A stretch of 64,000 nucleotides of DNA from Fonticula alba ATCC 38817 (taxonomy: Eukaryota; Protista; Nucleariida). The notes under the pieces were generated by a model. That model did not search any database and was not told where the DNA came from. It worked only from the letters and a program-made list of their open reading frames with translations. Position numbers and translations under genes: made by a program. Positions 10,314 through 23,353 of this stretch are shown in pieces (the stretch's first letter is position 1; every line of letters starts with the position of its first letter). The stretch is taken from NCBI GenBank assembly GCA_000388065.2, contig KB932201.1; one strand, 5' to 3'.

Positions 10314-12573
10314 TCATTCGCCTTCGGGGGTAGAGTCGCCGGCTTCGCGCACATGCAGGCGGGCTCTCCGCGTCAGGACCAGGCTGCTGGCCTTCATGGC
10401 GGTCTCGCGCAAGACCACCCGCAGGTCGGCCGCGTCGAAATCCTCGTCGGCGGAGGGATTGCCCTCGGGTGCGCCATTTGGACAGTGCTTGGCATCGGAG
10501 AGGTTCACCTGGACCAAAGCCCGGAGACCGACCGTATGGAAGTGATTCGGGTTGAGGTCTACACAGCCGGCGGGTGGTCAGTGGACGGGGGAGCCCATGG
10601 GCCGGGAGGAAACCGGCAAAGTCGGAGGGGGTATCCAGGGGCGAAAGTGTCGGCGAGATGGGCACGCACTCTTCATGTATTCGATGCACTCATCGGCCAG
10701 GGCGCGGTCTTGCAGGACATCCAGACATACCATGCCATACTGCAGGGGGGGAGCCACATTCAGCCAGGGGGAGGGGGTTAGTCCGGGACAGGATGCGACA
10801 CGGGGAGGCGAAGCAGGAGCGACATAAGGGGCTGCTGAGGCTTGGCCCTGGTCGATGGGTCACACGATCATATACCATTGTCCAGGCGGCCATGGCGTCC
10901 GAGCGGATGATTTCCAGCTGGTCGCCGGGGTCGGAGGCCGTCTTCAGGCGAATGTAGCTCTGGTGAATGCTGCGGGCCTTGTCGCGCAGGGAGTCCACCG
11001 CCTGGGCGAGAACCTCGTCGGCTGTCTGCTGGCGCTGCTCGCTCGACAACACCGACGACTGGAAGGTCCCGGCGCACTGGGACAGGATGTAAGCCACGCA
11101 GATGCGCTGGTACACACGGCGAAGGGAGCCGATGGTCCGGTCCATCTCATCAGCATCGGGATCTGCCTCGACCACTGTGCGGGGATTCGAAGGGAGGAGG
11201 GGAGAGAGACGGGGTGGGCAGAGTGGCCGACAGCCAAAGGACCGGAGAAAAGGAAAGAAAGAGCGGAGGAGCAGAGGAGGGAGCGGAGGAGAGACGGATC
11301 AGGAGGCCGGCAAGGGGCAAGGGAGAGGATGTGTGCGGCGATGGACAAAGGGAAGGGCGCAAGGAGAGGCCCACTGCAAGAGGCACGGGCCCCGGAAGGC
11401 GGCGCACCACAACCCGGCATGTTGACCACAGCGGCCACGGCCTCCGTGACCGAGGGCGACGCGGCCTCGAGGCCGTCGCCGGCAGCCAAATCGGCCAGCT
11501 CATCGCGATAGACGCCCGGGTCATCATCAAGGCGTCCCTCGAACACGGCAGCCCGGGCCAAATCACACAGGAGGTAGTTCGCCTCGGCAAGGACCTCCGG
11601 CGAGAGGAGGAACTGCGAAATGGCCGGAGTGGGTGCGAAGAGGGAGGCGCCGGCCAGGGCGGCAGTCGCGTCGGCCGGCCGGCCGGCCGCCCGGTTCAAA
11701 GCCGCAAAACGCTGGACCAGCCCCAGCAGCACTTGGATGTCATTCGACTGGTAGGCCGCGCGGATGCATGCCCGAGCGGCCTGTGCCTGCTGGACGATGT
11801 CGGCATCGGCGCTGTCCGCCGAATCGGAAGACACAACCGACAGCCAGAGCCGGGAGCAGGCCAACGCCGAGCGCCAGTCAACCAGCTCCGACCGGGCAGT
11901 CAGTGCCGAGTACAGGGTTTGGAAGACATCCGGGTGGAGGACCCCCTCTTCAAGGAGCTGGGCCAGGCGCGACACCAGGGCATCGGCGTCGGCGTCGGCG
12001 TCGGGGCATCAGAGGGCGTCGGGGCATCGGCGCGCGCACGAAGTGCCGCATTGGTTGTGATGCAGGACAACCAGCGTCCGGGACAATTGGAGGGAGGGAA
12101 GGGGGAAGAAAAGAGACGGAGGAAAGAGGAAGGGAGCTTGCGGAGTTAGCACTGGTACCCGGGCACACATTGGAGCCATGAATCNNNNNNNNNNNNNNNN
12201 NNNNNNNNNNNNNNNNNNNNNNNNNNNNNNNNNNNNNNNNNNNNNNNNNNNNNNNNNNNNNNNNNNNNNNNNNNNNNNNNNNNNNNNNNNNNNNNNNNNN
12301 NNNNNNNNNNNNNNNNNNNNNNNNNNNNNNNNTCGACTGGCGAATGTTGCCACTGAACATGGCATCCTGGGCATCCTCAAGCTGGCTCTCATGCTGCCCT
12401 TCGCCACTGGTGGAGTCGTCATCGTCGTCATCCTGGGCGGTCAGATCGAATTGCAGCGCGGGCCAGCCGGGCCCGGCAGCCAGGCTGTGGATGTCCAGGC
12501 GCCGGGTGGGCGGGCTGTCAGCCGACTCGGGGGGAGCCTCGCCGGGAGCGGGGGAATCTGGCCGGTCGGGCAT
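10314..12573 (-). CDS. Hypothetical protein, probably alpha-helical/TPR-like repeats; multi-exon, spans a gap
   Basis: Coding-like segments: MPDRPDSPAP...DAMFSGNIRQS (to the gap at 12333), LLEEGVLHPDVF...NMPG, EMDRTIGSLRRVYQRIC..., YGMVCLDVLQDRALADECIEYMK and VQVNLSDAKHC...EGE*. They are separated by pyrimidine-rich intron-like spacers. No family recognised; some junctions are uncertain. Confidence 0.55.
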
Positions 12574-13011
12574 CGGGGGCGAATGCTGGGGAAAGGAGCA
12601 AATGCTAGAAAGGGCGAAGAATGGACAGAGATGCGAGTTGGTGGGGAGGGACAGCCTCCAGCGAGGGTTGCGGGCTGCTCGCACAAAAGTGTTCTTCCAA
12701 AAGTGTGCCCGTGTGCAGGGACCCGACGATCCGGAGGGCGGGGTGGCCACGGGCGCCGATGGAGCCGGGAAAAAAACAATGCGACTTGGAAATTGCCTTC
12801 CCCCGCCCCCCGGTTGACCATGGAGCCGGAGTCCCAATCACACACCCTTCGGCCCCTCCGGGAGAGGTCGATCGACCCCCGGCCCCGCCCTCCCCAACCC
12901 CACGGCCCAGGCACACCGCCGGGGGCCGGGCCGTGGACAGACAAACAAAGCGTCGCCCCACCACATCGAGGGAGCGGGGGGGGGGGGGGGGGGGGCGCCG
13001 ACGGAGGGAGG

Positions 13012-13048
<37 letters not shown>

Positions 13049-13085
13049 GTATTGTCGATCTGGCGTGCGCCTGCCAACGGAGCTC

Positions 13086-15421
13086 TTATGGGACGGAGTC
13101 GAGTTTCTTAATTAGCTCGTCACAGATGCCAAAGAGTTCGGTGTTCTCGCGCTCCTGCGAGTGTTGCACATGGGGAGGGCCGGGAGGGGAGACTGATCAG
13201 CGGGACAGGGGGCAGCTGGCGGGAGGGGAGGGGGGAAGGGGGAGGGGGGAGGGGGAGGGGGGGGGGGGGGGAGGCAGGGAGGAGAAAGGCGCACTCGCAG
13301 CTCGAGGGTAGATTGAAGCGACCGGACTTGGGCGGTCTCGAGCGCCAGGCGGGCCTTCGCGGCGCCCACCTCACGATGGTGCTCCGATCGCAGGCGATCA
13401 AGCTCGACATTGGCACTGGCGGAGCCCCGAGGGGAAGGGAAAGGGCCGGGACATGGGCAATGATGTGTGAGCACCGGGCAGGCGTCGGAACGAGGAGGGA
13501 CAAACGGGGGGGGGGGGGGGGACGGCCCCCCCGAGATCTGCTGTTCAGCCTGGGTCTTGAGAGCCTCGAAGCGCTTCTGATACTGCTGAAGCNNNNNNNN
13601 NNGATCTGCTGTTCAGCCTGGGTCTTGAGAGCCTCGAAGCGCTTCTGATACTGCTGAAGCTGCTCCTGCAAGCCGAGGGCCGAATTCCGGAGGATGTCCT
13701 CGTTCTGTGCGACCCATTGTCAGCCAGCAAGTGAGGATGGGGGCATGGGCAGCAGGCACATCCCGCGAGGAGGGGCACATGTGCCGGGGAGGCCCTGGCA
13801 CTGGACTTGCCAAATGTGCCTGCAGGTGGGCGCGCATGTGGGCAAGTGTCTCCCCCAGAGGGAGGACGAACCTTCTTCATGGTCTCGGTCACAAGGGCAA
13901 GGTACTCGGAGCGCTCACGGAGCTGATGGCACGTTGACTCGCATGTGCGCAGGGCGGTGGTGAGACGGCGGATTTCCGCCACAGCAGACTCCAGCGAGGG
14001 GGTCGAGCCGCCGGCCGGTTGGCCTTGTGAGGGGTCGCGTCAGTCGGGTTGGCGTGGGCAGAAAGAGGGCGACAGGGGGGCGGGCGAAGGGAGGGGCTGG
14101 TCGACGGCCACCAAAGGGAGGGTGGCATGCGGCTCGTACTTGATTCCAGGGCCAGACGACGCTGGCGCTCGGCGCGCCACCGCTCGTCCAGCTCGGCAAC
14201 TTCGTCCTTCAGAAGACGGACCTCGAAGCGAAGCTTCTCCAATTCCTCACGCTCAGCAGGGGTCAGCTCACCGGTCGACCCGGGCCCGGTGGCCAATGCC
14301 CGGGATGCCGGGGATTGGGGAGCACTGGTGTGGGGAGCCACCAAAGAGAAGGAGCCCGGCGGCTCGGAGTGTGGCCGAAAGCCCGGGCGTGGGGCTGCGC
14401 AGCAGGGGGGGGGGGGTGTTACACAAGTGCGTTCGCACCGGCAGGGCAGGAGCCAGGCAAAAAAGGGGCGGGGGCATGGGGGACCCGAGGGAGGCGGCCG
14501 TCGGGCAGGGCCGCACGCACAGGCTGGCTGGGGGTGTGCCGGGGCGTCGGCAGTGGCCCGCCGGGGAGAGGCAGAGAATGAAGGCTCCCCGGCAGGGTAG
14601 CCGCCACTGCTTGGCAGGAAGGCCGACGAGCTGATGGTTGTCGTGGAAGTCGGTTCAGCCGGCCAGATGGGCGCCTCGGCGCGAAGGCTCGGCTGGCGCT
14701 CGAAGGCAGCCGGCGAGGGGGACATATCCGGCGACTGGGTGAAGGAGCTGGGCTGCGAGGGGGCCGGGTCCGGAGCGCCGGTTGAGAGAGAAAAGAAGCC
14801 GGAGGCCGGCCGAGGTTGCCGGTCATTGGACTTGACGCTCAGAGCGGCCACGGCAGCCGAGAAGTCCATCGGGTCGGGGGAAAGTGGGGCACCAGGGCCG
14901 GGGCCGTTGCCGGAGCCACCGGTGCCGGAGCCACCCCCAAGCATGCCGACTAGGCCGCTGCTAAAGCCACCGCTGCCGGCACCGCCACCATCACCGCCGG
15001 CACCAGCGCCGCCGGCACCAGCACCGCCGGCACCAGCACCGCCGGCACCAGCACCGCCGCCAAAAGCACCGCCGTCCCCACCGCCCAGGCCGAGATCCAC
15101 GCTCGGGGCGGCGACAAGGGACGCGGTGACCGGGCCGGCCGAGGGCGGCAAGGCAAAGGCCGCCCCATCGGGGACCGGCTGCGGCCGGGGGAGTCGCCTC
15201 ACGGGCGCAGGGACCGGAGCCGGCCCGGCCGGCGCGGTGCCGGTCATCTCGGCCATGCGCTCGCGCTCGGCCTTGGAGTAATACTTCTTGGTGAGGACCG
15301 GCTTGGCACGCAGGGGCTTGCTATCACCGCCGAAGTCGAAGGAGAGCAGCATGTCGGCCGGTGCCGGGGCGGGAGCCGTGTTGGTGTTGGCCGCCGAGCC
15401 ACTTGGGTCCGTGAGGTCCAT
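13086..15421 (-). CDS. TACC-domain (transforming acidic coiled-coil) protein with a long low-complexity N-terminus
   Basis: The spliced C-terminus reads SAVAEIRRL...TETMKK|NEDILRNS...QKRFEALKTQAEQQI...AKARLALETAQVRSLQSTLELR|ERENTELFGICDELIKKLDSVP*. This matches the TACC motifs KNEE.LK, RYQALK.HAEEKL and KENEELT.ICDDLI. Start is MDLTDPSG at 15421. Confidence 0.82.
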
Positions 15422-16065
15422 GTTGTGCCGGGTGATCCGTGTGCTGGGGCCAGGGGCCCGGGCGAAGGACAGAAGGAGAGGAGACTGCTGGGAGGGGGGC
15501 CGGGCAGGCGGGGGAGGGGGAGGGGGGGGGAGAGGGCACAGCGGAGCAGGGCACAAAGGAGAGAAGCAAGGCGGGGGGGGGGGGGCAAGGTCTCCATGAG
15601 GCGATCGGCGACGCTGGGCCACTGGCCGGCCGAAAAAGCAGCCGACGAGGAGGGGACCTGCCAACGCCAGGGCAACCGCCGGGCGCGGGCACCGGGGGGG
15701 GGGGGGGCGCGGGCACGCTGCAATCGCTGGCACCTTATGTGTTTCTCCCAGGGGGGCCGGCCGGCCGGGGGGCATTTTCCCGGGCCGCAGCTTCTTTGCC
15801 GGCCCCCCGGCTCGCTGGGCCCCTTCACCACGGAGTCTCCCGGCATTCTCCGCCCGGGACACATGTGTTTGCAACTTTCTCGCCACGCGCAAGGCCGGGG
15901 GAGAGATCGCTCGGCCCGAGGCGTGGGTGGGGTGATCTGGTGCCTGCCCTCCGGCGAAGGCCGACCCCGGCTCCGGGCCCAGCACGGGCCCTCTCTTCAG
16001 GGAGGGTGGTCGGGTCCAACCGGCGGTGGCTCCAAGCAGATCTCCACCCCTCTGTCTCTGCCTCT

Positions 16066-16115
<50 letters not shown>

Positions 16116-16326
16116 ATCCACCCCCCCCCCCCCCCCCCTTTGCCCCCCTCTCGCCCCCCCACGCCCCACGGTCATCGCATCGCCGGTGTGAGCAGCCCCN
16201 NNNNNNNNNNNNNNNNNNNNNNNNNNNNNNNNNNNNNNNNNNNNAACTAGCCTGGCCCCCTGGACGCCCGTGGCCGGCCCCCTCTCCGCCTTCCTCCCAC
16301 AGCCGATCCACCTCCGCTGCCGCCCG

Positions 16327-17279
16327 ATGTCCCCCCCGCTGCCTCTCCTCCGGCCTTCGCCGGCCGTCGCCCAGTCTTTCGCCTCGCGCTACCAGGCCTG
16401 GCGCGGCCTGCGTCACCGGCGCACCTTCATGGGCACCCCGCACCCGGTGTCTCTGGTGCAGCCCATTTGGTTCCGCTTGCCGCTGAATGCAGACCCTCAG
16501 CCGGTTGCTCCGGACACCCCGGACGACGTGGCTCCCTGTGAGTCTGAGTCTGACCACGCCGGCGTCATGGTCGAGGTGCGCACGTACCCCCCTCCCCCCC
16601 TGCCGTGCTCCCTCTCTCTTGGCATGGATGACGCCNNNNNNNNNNTGCCGTGCTCCCTCTCTCTTGGCATGGATGACGCCAGGAAATGCGCTTTTACAAG
16701 CACGAGGTGGATTTCGCCCACGTGCAGCACGACTTCTGGATTCGAAACAACAGCCTCTTCCAGCGCGACCTTCCGAAGGACTACTTCACGGCCTCCCGGA
16801 CCCCGGGCTACTCGATTGCCGGTGCGCTCACACACACACGATCTGCCCGTCGCTGCTTCGTGGCGCCCCTCTCCGCCCTGCCCCATTTTCTGACATGCCG
16901 CGCTCCCTCTCTTGTTGGTACTTTGGCTTTCCTGGTGCCAGATGCCGAGCGGCTGGAGGGCTTCCGCAGCACCTTCCGGGACATGACCCGCCGGGACTTC
17001 CTGGCCTTCCACGCGGTTTGGCTTTCCGGCGTCACCCAATCGGTCAAGTATTCCTTTTTGGCGTCGGTGGCCCGGCTCCGGTGGCTGGTCACCGGCCACG
17101 GGAACTGGATCGAGGCCCAGCCCAGCCAGGCGTTCACCGCTCCCAATGCCACCATCTCTTCGGTCCTTCGTCAATTCGAGCCGCCCACCATCGCCGCGGC
17201 CAGCGACGATCTGCTGGCCGCCGAGGAGGCCCTCTCCACCTGCCGGGCCCCCAGCAAGGAGGGACAGCAGCACGCATGA
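16327..17279 (+). CDS. COA8: COA8/APOPT1-like cytochrome c oxidase assembly factor
   Basis: An Arg-rich, acid-free presequence-like N-terminus is followed by FMGTPHPVSLVQPIWF, HDFWIRNNSLF and LEGFRSTFRDMTRRDFLAFHAVW. These resemble the COA8 motifs GPPD.VSNLRP, FW..NN..F and FY..FL......H..YN..W. Two GTGCGC introns. Confidence 0.6.
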
Positions 17280-18099
17280 GCCTGTCTCGAGTAAAGTCCA
17301 GCGAGCAGAGGGAGGATGGCTTGCTCCCTTTTCGCCACACCCCTGCCCGTCCCACTGTGCTTTGGTGGGCGAGCCCGCTCGCATCTCCTAGACCGGAAGG
17401 GTGCATTCCTTTGTCCACTACCTTCCTCCCCCTCCCCCCCCCCCTTTCACAGCTGCATCCTGCTGAGTTGTTGCCTGAGTGCCATCTCCCTCCTTTTCCC
17501 TCCCCCGCTGTTTCGAGCAAAAAAACCCCTTTCCTACCTCTTTGTTTCCCTGTTGTCAAGAGCGCACAAGACGCCCTCCCCCTCACAAGCAATGCCAAGG
17601 ACACAGATCTATTCAGGCTCCCGAACTACTGCACGGGAGCTCACCAAGCACAGGTGGGATGGGAGGATGGGAGAGAGGGGGAGAGATGCATGCCGCACCA
17701 TCTCATTAAGGCGCACCCGAAGACACGCAAGGAGGCGCACGCAGGCGGGAGGAACGGGCGGGAGGGAGAGACCAGGCAAGCCTCATGTTCTGCCATGTCC
17801 CCCGCGATTGGCCCTGCTACACAAGAGAACAGCCACAAGGAGAAGGGCACCATGGGACCTTCTCGCCCCGGCGCCCCTGTGTGCCCCCACCACCCCGGGT
17901 CGATGCCATTGAACGGGGCGTCTGATTGGCAGTCCGGAGGTGGGGGTGAGGTGGAGACGAGGAATCGAGGGAGAAGGAAGGGAGAGGGGGGAGGGGGGAG
18001 AGGGCGAGCGGCGCGAGCCAGCCTCATGACACAAGTACACGAGCGCATATCCACATCCACGCGGCCGGGCGCAAAAGGAGCCACGCGGCCCCGGCGCCA

Positions 18100-18731
18100 T
18101 CACAGCCGGTGATCCCCGCCTGCTCCTCCACCGGTGTGGGGTGGCCCCCCTGCGCCAGCGCCGGAGGATGTCGCCAGTGACGTCGAGGATGACACCGAGG
18201 AGGAAGAGGAAGAGGAGGAGGAAGATCGCGGGAAGAGCCTCCGCAGGAGGTTCTTCGACTCCTTCTTTTTGGCGCCGATGCCAGATGGTGGCATCCCCTC
18301 GCCAGATGCCAGCGGGACGCTCTGATCTGCCAGGCCTCCACCAGGAGGCTTGTTGGCCGAGCCGGCGGGCTCCGCCCCGAGAGAGTCAACTTCGGAGGTC
18401 CCAGCCTCCGGAGTGGGAGAGGGCGGCTTCCCGGCCACGCGCTTCGCCCCCCCGCCCGACCCATGGTGCGAGTCCTTCGGGGGGCCGTGAGTCGGGGCTT
18501 CGTCCCCATCGACCGGGTGCTCGACGCTGTCAGGCCCAGCCTCCGAGGAGGAGAACATGGCCGATGCAGTGGGCGTAAGGCGTGCCTGCCATGGGGCGCC
18601 AGTGGAGGCTGTCGCCACCGGCGGGGCGGCGGCCATGCCGAGGCTCTCCCCGGCATTTGGACGCTGAGCATGTGAAGAAGAGGATGTCGAGCGCATGTGG
18701 CGCCGCATCAACTCCGACGGGATGGGCTGGC

Positions 18732-18797
<66 letters not shown>

Positions 18798-18801
18798 CGT
18801 G

Positions 18802-18859
<58 letters not shown>

Positions 18860-21800
18860 TGTGTGCGCGTGCGCTCAGANNNNNNNNNNNNNNNNNNNNN
18901 NNNNNNNNNNNNNNNNNNNNNNNNNNNNNNNNNNNNNNNNNNNNNNNNNNNNNNNNNNNNNNNNNNNNNNNNNNNNNNNNNNNNNNNNNNNNNNNNNNNN
19001 NNNNNNNNNNNNNNNNNNNNNNNNNNNNNNNNNNNNNNNNNNNNNNNNNNNNNNNNNNNNNNNNNNNNNNNNNNNNNNNNNNNNNNNNNNNNNNNNNNNN
19101 NNNNNNNNNNNNNNNNNNNNNNNNNNNNNNNNNNNNNNNNNNNNNNNNNNNNNNNNNTGGGGGGGTGTGCGTGCGTGTGGATGGGGGTGTCAGAAGTGAT
19201 ACAGTGGCACGGGGCATGCATGGCACACATGCGGGCTGGAGGGGGGTCCTTTGTGGGAGTGGGAACAGGGAGAGGGGAAAAAGCAGCCGATGCCGGCGGA
19301 TGGACGAACCATGACTGAAGTGTCGACAAGGCCGCGAACGAAGATGGCCATGTCCTCGGCCGTGGCCACCTCCGGGCCATTGACGAAGGGATGTTTCTTT
19401 GGAGGAGGGAAGATTCCCCACAGCGGGAACAAAGGACGAGCGGGGTCAGGAGATGGGGGAAGAAAAAAAAGGCAAGCGGAGCATTCCACAGGGCAGGAGC
19501 AGGGGCAAAGACCGGGAGGGAAGGGGCGAACGCACCAGGAGCTGCAGCGCCGAGGGACGCTGCGCCGGGTCCTTCTGCAGGCAGAGCATGATGAAATCCC
19601 GCAAGTCCTCGCCATACGGGCTGAGCCAGATGGCCGGAGCCGAGTTCGAAGGATCAACCACATTGCTGGCACTCGGGCCGCCGCCAGATGCAGATGGCGA
19701 CACGGGCGACAGGGAAATCGATGGGTGATGATAGGCGTCCGGTTGGACGGGGAACATGGGCTGCTGGTGATCCGGCACCCGGTAGGTCCGGGGGAGGTGC
19801 GGCTGCCGAGCCGGGGAAAAGGTGGACGGGATGCGCCCGCCCCCGGGAGCTGACATCGCAAAGGCCGACTGCTGCAGGAGGTCCCTGTCGGATCCCGAGG
19901 GATTCAGGAGCAGTCGACTGCTGCTGCCGACACTGCGGGAAAGGTGAAGCTGCCGATGTGGCAGGCTGTCATCCGGGCAATCGGCAAGAGGCGCGGTCGT
20001 GTCGTCCACCGACAGTGAAAGGCCCACATGCGATCGAGGCCCGGTGCCGGGCCCAGATGGGATGCGGATATGCTCCGAGGGAAGAGCACCGTCCTGTGCC
20101 GGGGCCGAATCGTCGCCCTGAGGCGAGTAGGAGGGTGACAGGAGCAAGCTTTGGGGATTGGGCGCCGGGAAGCACACATGCGAATGGGTTTCCGGCAGGG
20201 TGGGGATGGAGTCATACACGATGGCGTCCAGCAGCTCCCAGAAGCCCAGTCCAACGATGGTCGGTGCGGGCTGCTGCACCGGGACCGGCGGAGGCATGGG
20301 CGCCGAGGCGAAGACTGTGTGTTTGTTTTCCCCCACCCGAGACCGATGCAAAGAGCAAACCAGCGGCAGGGGGCAGGGGGCAGGGGCAAAGATGAGGACA
20401 CCATCCGTGGATCAGGGAGTGCGCGAAGGGGACAAAGAAGAGGGGGATCAGAAGGTTGCCAAAGGGGGCCCGGCCTAAAATGACAGCAGGCCAGCCCGAC
20501 ATCGGGCCCATGCCCCGGCAAGGGGGAGGGAGGGGAAAAGAAAAGGGGGAGACGCACGGAAGGAGGAGGGGTCGGCCATGATGCCCTCGCCGAGGTTCTC
20601 GCCGTAGCCATAGTCAAAGGCAAACTCCTCGCCGTGGCCGTCAAACTCACCGCCAAACCCATCGGCGTATGGGTCGAAGTAGTTGGCATCCTCAGGGGCA
20701 CCCATGTCACCGGCATACGGATCCATGTGGTGTGGCTCCAGCATGGCAGCCTGCGGGCGCTGGGTCTGCTGCTGCTGGAGCTGGTGCTGCTGGTGAAGAA
20801 GGAGGAGGTTCTGCTGGTTGGATGGATCAAGGCCCTGGAGTGGGGCAAGCGACTCGGTGGCATGGGACTCGTGGATGTGTTCCGGGACAGGCACCTCCAT
20901 CATCGGGTCGGCCGGAGGGACCGGCGCATAGGGGAACCTCCCAAGGGCCAGTTCCAAGATCGACAGGCCCAAGGCCCAGATATCCGACGCAAAGGAATAG
21001 GACCGGCCCTGGATGCGCTCGGGCTGCCGGGAGGAGATGATGGGGCCATGTGAAGGCGGCGAGAGGGGGCGCGAGTGTAAGAAGGAAGGTCATGAGATGT
21101 CTGTGTGGGTGTGTGTGGGTGTGGGCATGTGTGTGTGGGCATGTGTGTGTGTCTACACATACCGACATGTATGTGACCGTTCCGACCCAGCTGGCGCAAC
21201 TGGCCATACTGGCCGCTAGAGCTCCGCTAACAACCCCAAAGTCTGCCAAGGCCACTCGACCGCGCGCGTCACACAGGACATTCGAAGGCTTGAGATCCCG
21301 ATGGAGCCGGCGACGAGGCGGCGCGTGCAGGTATGCCAGCCCCTTGAGGGTCTAGAGGGGAGGACAAATGCATATCAGTAAGTGATGGAACGAGGGGGAA
21401 AGAGGGATGGATAAAAAAAACAAGGAGAGACACAGAGGGAAGAAGCCGAAGCGGGACGTGGCCACCCGGGAGGGGGGTACACAGGCACGGGAAGGCGGAG
21501 GGGGAGGGGGGGGGGAGGGGGGGAGAAACGCACCTCGCGGGTAATGCGCCGGAGGATCCGCTCCGGCAGGGGCCCCCCCCACCGGGCGGACAGGTCGGCC
21601 AATGAACCGCCATCCATCAGCTCCAGGGCCACATGTGCATGGCCATCTGCCACGAAGGCGCCCCAGAAGCGAACAATCTGCTCCCGGCCATCACCCGGGC
21701 CGGGGGGCGGGTATTGCGTGGCGCTGGCCGAGTCCAGGCATGTCCGGCCTCCCCCGGGGCAGGCACCAGTCGAGTCCAGATGGGACCCATGGAAGTAATC

Positions 21801-23353
21801 GATGGAGGAGGCGTCGTACAGGGTGCGAAGTTCGCCCAGCAAGCGGGAGGGATTCTCGGCTTCCTTCTCGGCGGCGGTCGGCGCCCCGGGCGCATTGCCA
21901 CCCGGCCGGCCGAGGCCTCCGGACGAGCCGTCAGCCTGGGGCAGAAGCGCCGCCAGGGGAATGATCTTGATGGCCACGGGCAGGGAAACCGCGCGGACAA
22001 GGGCGCGCGTGACTCGGCCCTGCGCGCCGCGACCCAATTCGGCCAGGGGGGTTTCGGCTGCGCGAATCAGCGCCGCGGTCGGCACACGACGCGGCTACAT
22101 GCGCGGCATGGCCACCGAAGGGGACACATCAACGCAGCAGGGGGTGGGTGGGGGGGGGGCAGTCAGAAAGCCGAACAAGAGGGCGGCAGGGAGCGGAGAG
22201 GGGGGAGGGGGGGGGGGGGCATAAAAAAGAGCACGCGAGCGGGCGAAAGGCGGTCCAGGCGCACCAGGCCATCCTGGCCAAGGTCATGAACCCAGGGCCC
22301 GTCATCGCCATCATCCTCCAGGGCGTCGAGGTCCTCCGGCGAGGGGACCCCACCCGGGGGTGGCACCATGGAGCCCGGGCCGAGGAGCTCACCGGATGAG
22401 GTGGACACCGAGTGGCTGGCGCAGACGGAGCTCGATGCGCCCGAGGCCAACGACTGATCGGCAAAGGAATGCGGCGGGACTTGGCTCAAGGGGGATGAGA
22501 TGTAGGCGGCCGGGGTGGCGAAGGCACTGGAGCCGGGGGCCAGGGCGGCCGCGGCGCCGGGCGGGATGCCGCTAGGCGGCGGCCCGGCAGGGCCCTGCAG
22601 CCCGGATGACAGGGCCATGCTGGAGGAGGAGGCAAGATGCAGGCCCGACCGGCTGAGGGTCAGCTCGCCGGCCCGAAGGGTGCCATCGTCATCGAGGACC
22701 ACCCCGCCGCTGGTGGATCGGGAGTGGCCGCCGACCGGGGCCAGGGATCCGGATGGGCCGCCAGCCGGGCCGCCAGCCGGCGCCAGCCGGCCCAGCTCCA
22801 GGTCCAAATTGCTGGCCGACCGGGACATATCCAGGCCCAGTTGCGATTGCGATGCCATGCCGGGCGAGGAGAAGGAAGCCCCGGGCCCCGGGGCGCCGGG
22901 GGCCGCGACACCCCCCCCGGGCGGGGGGTACACCGGGTCCGGATCGGAGGCCAGGGTCAAGCCGCTGCCCGGGCCACCGAGGGTCAGATCCAGGCTGCTG
23001 GGGCCGGCCGAGGGCGAGCCGGCAAGACTCAAGCCGGACACCGAGGCCGACAGCAGGCCATCCGGGGACAGGGACCCGGCCAGGTGGGGAGGGTGTTGGG
23101 AGGTGGCGTGGATCGGGCCACCGGTGCCCGGCCGGGGGTGGTCCGGGCTCGGGGCGCCATCCGCAAGAGTCGTCCCCTCCGGGGCGCCCCCATTGGGAAG
23201 CAGGCTAAGGGAGGACTGGGATTGGAAGGACTCGGCGCTCGATCCGCCGGAGGCGGAAGACTCGTCCGACTTGAGGTCGGTGCCGGAGGGGGATGCGGCC
23301 GCCAGTTCCGCCGCGAGGGCGGCCTTCTGGCGGCGCCGAAGGAGAATAGACAT
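18100..23353 (-). CDS. Dual-specificity MAP kinase kinase (STE7/MEK family) with long N-terminus and inserts
   Basis: Motifs: [55 protein letters not shown]|[35 protein letters not shown] and [17 protein letters not shown]. The basic N-terminus [10 protein letters not shown] resembles a docking motif. The last exon (~18731-18100) lies beyond a gap, so that junction is less certain. Confidence 0.88.

Noticed and set aside
12009-12011. In-frame TGA upstream of the orphan gene's large exon as possible selenocysteine or readthrough
   Set aside because: An AG acceptor downstream (ggcccag|ctcctt) places the TGA in an intron, and no SECIS was recognised.
13536-13660. Apparent ~55-bp exon duplication in the TACC gene
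   Set aside because: The identical copies flank a 10-N gap, which is typical of an unmerged contig overlap.
16600-16680. ~35-bp tandem duplication in a COA8 intron
   Set aside because: The identical copies sit either side of a 10-N gap; assembly overlap.
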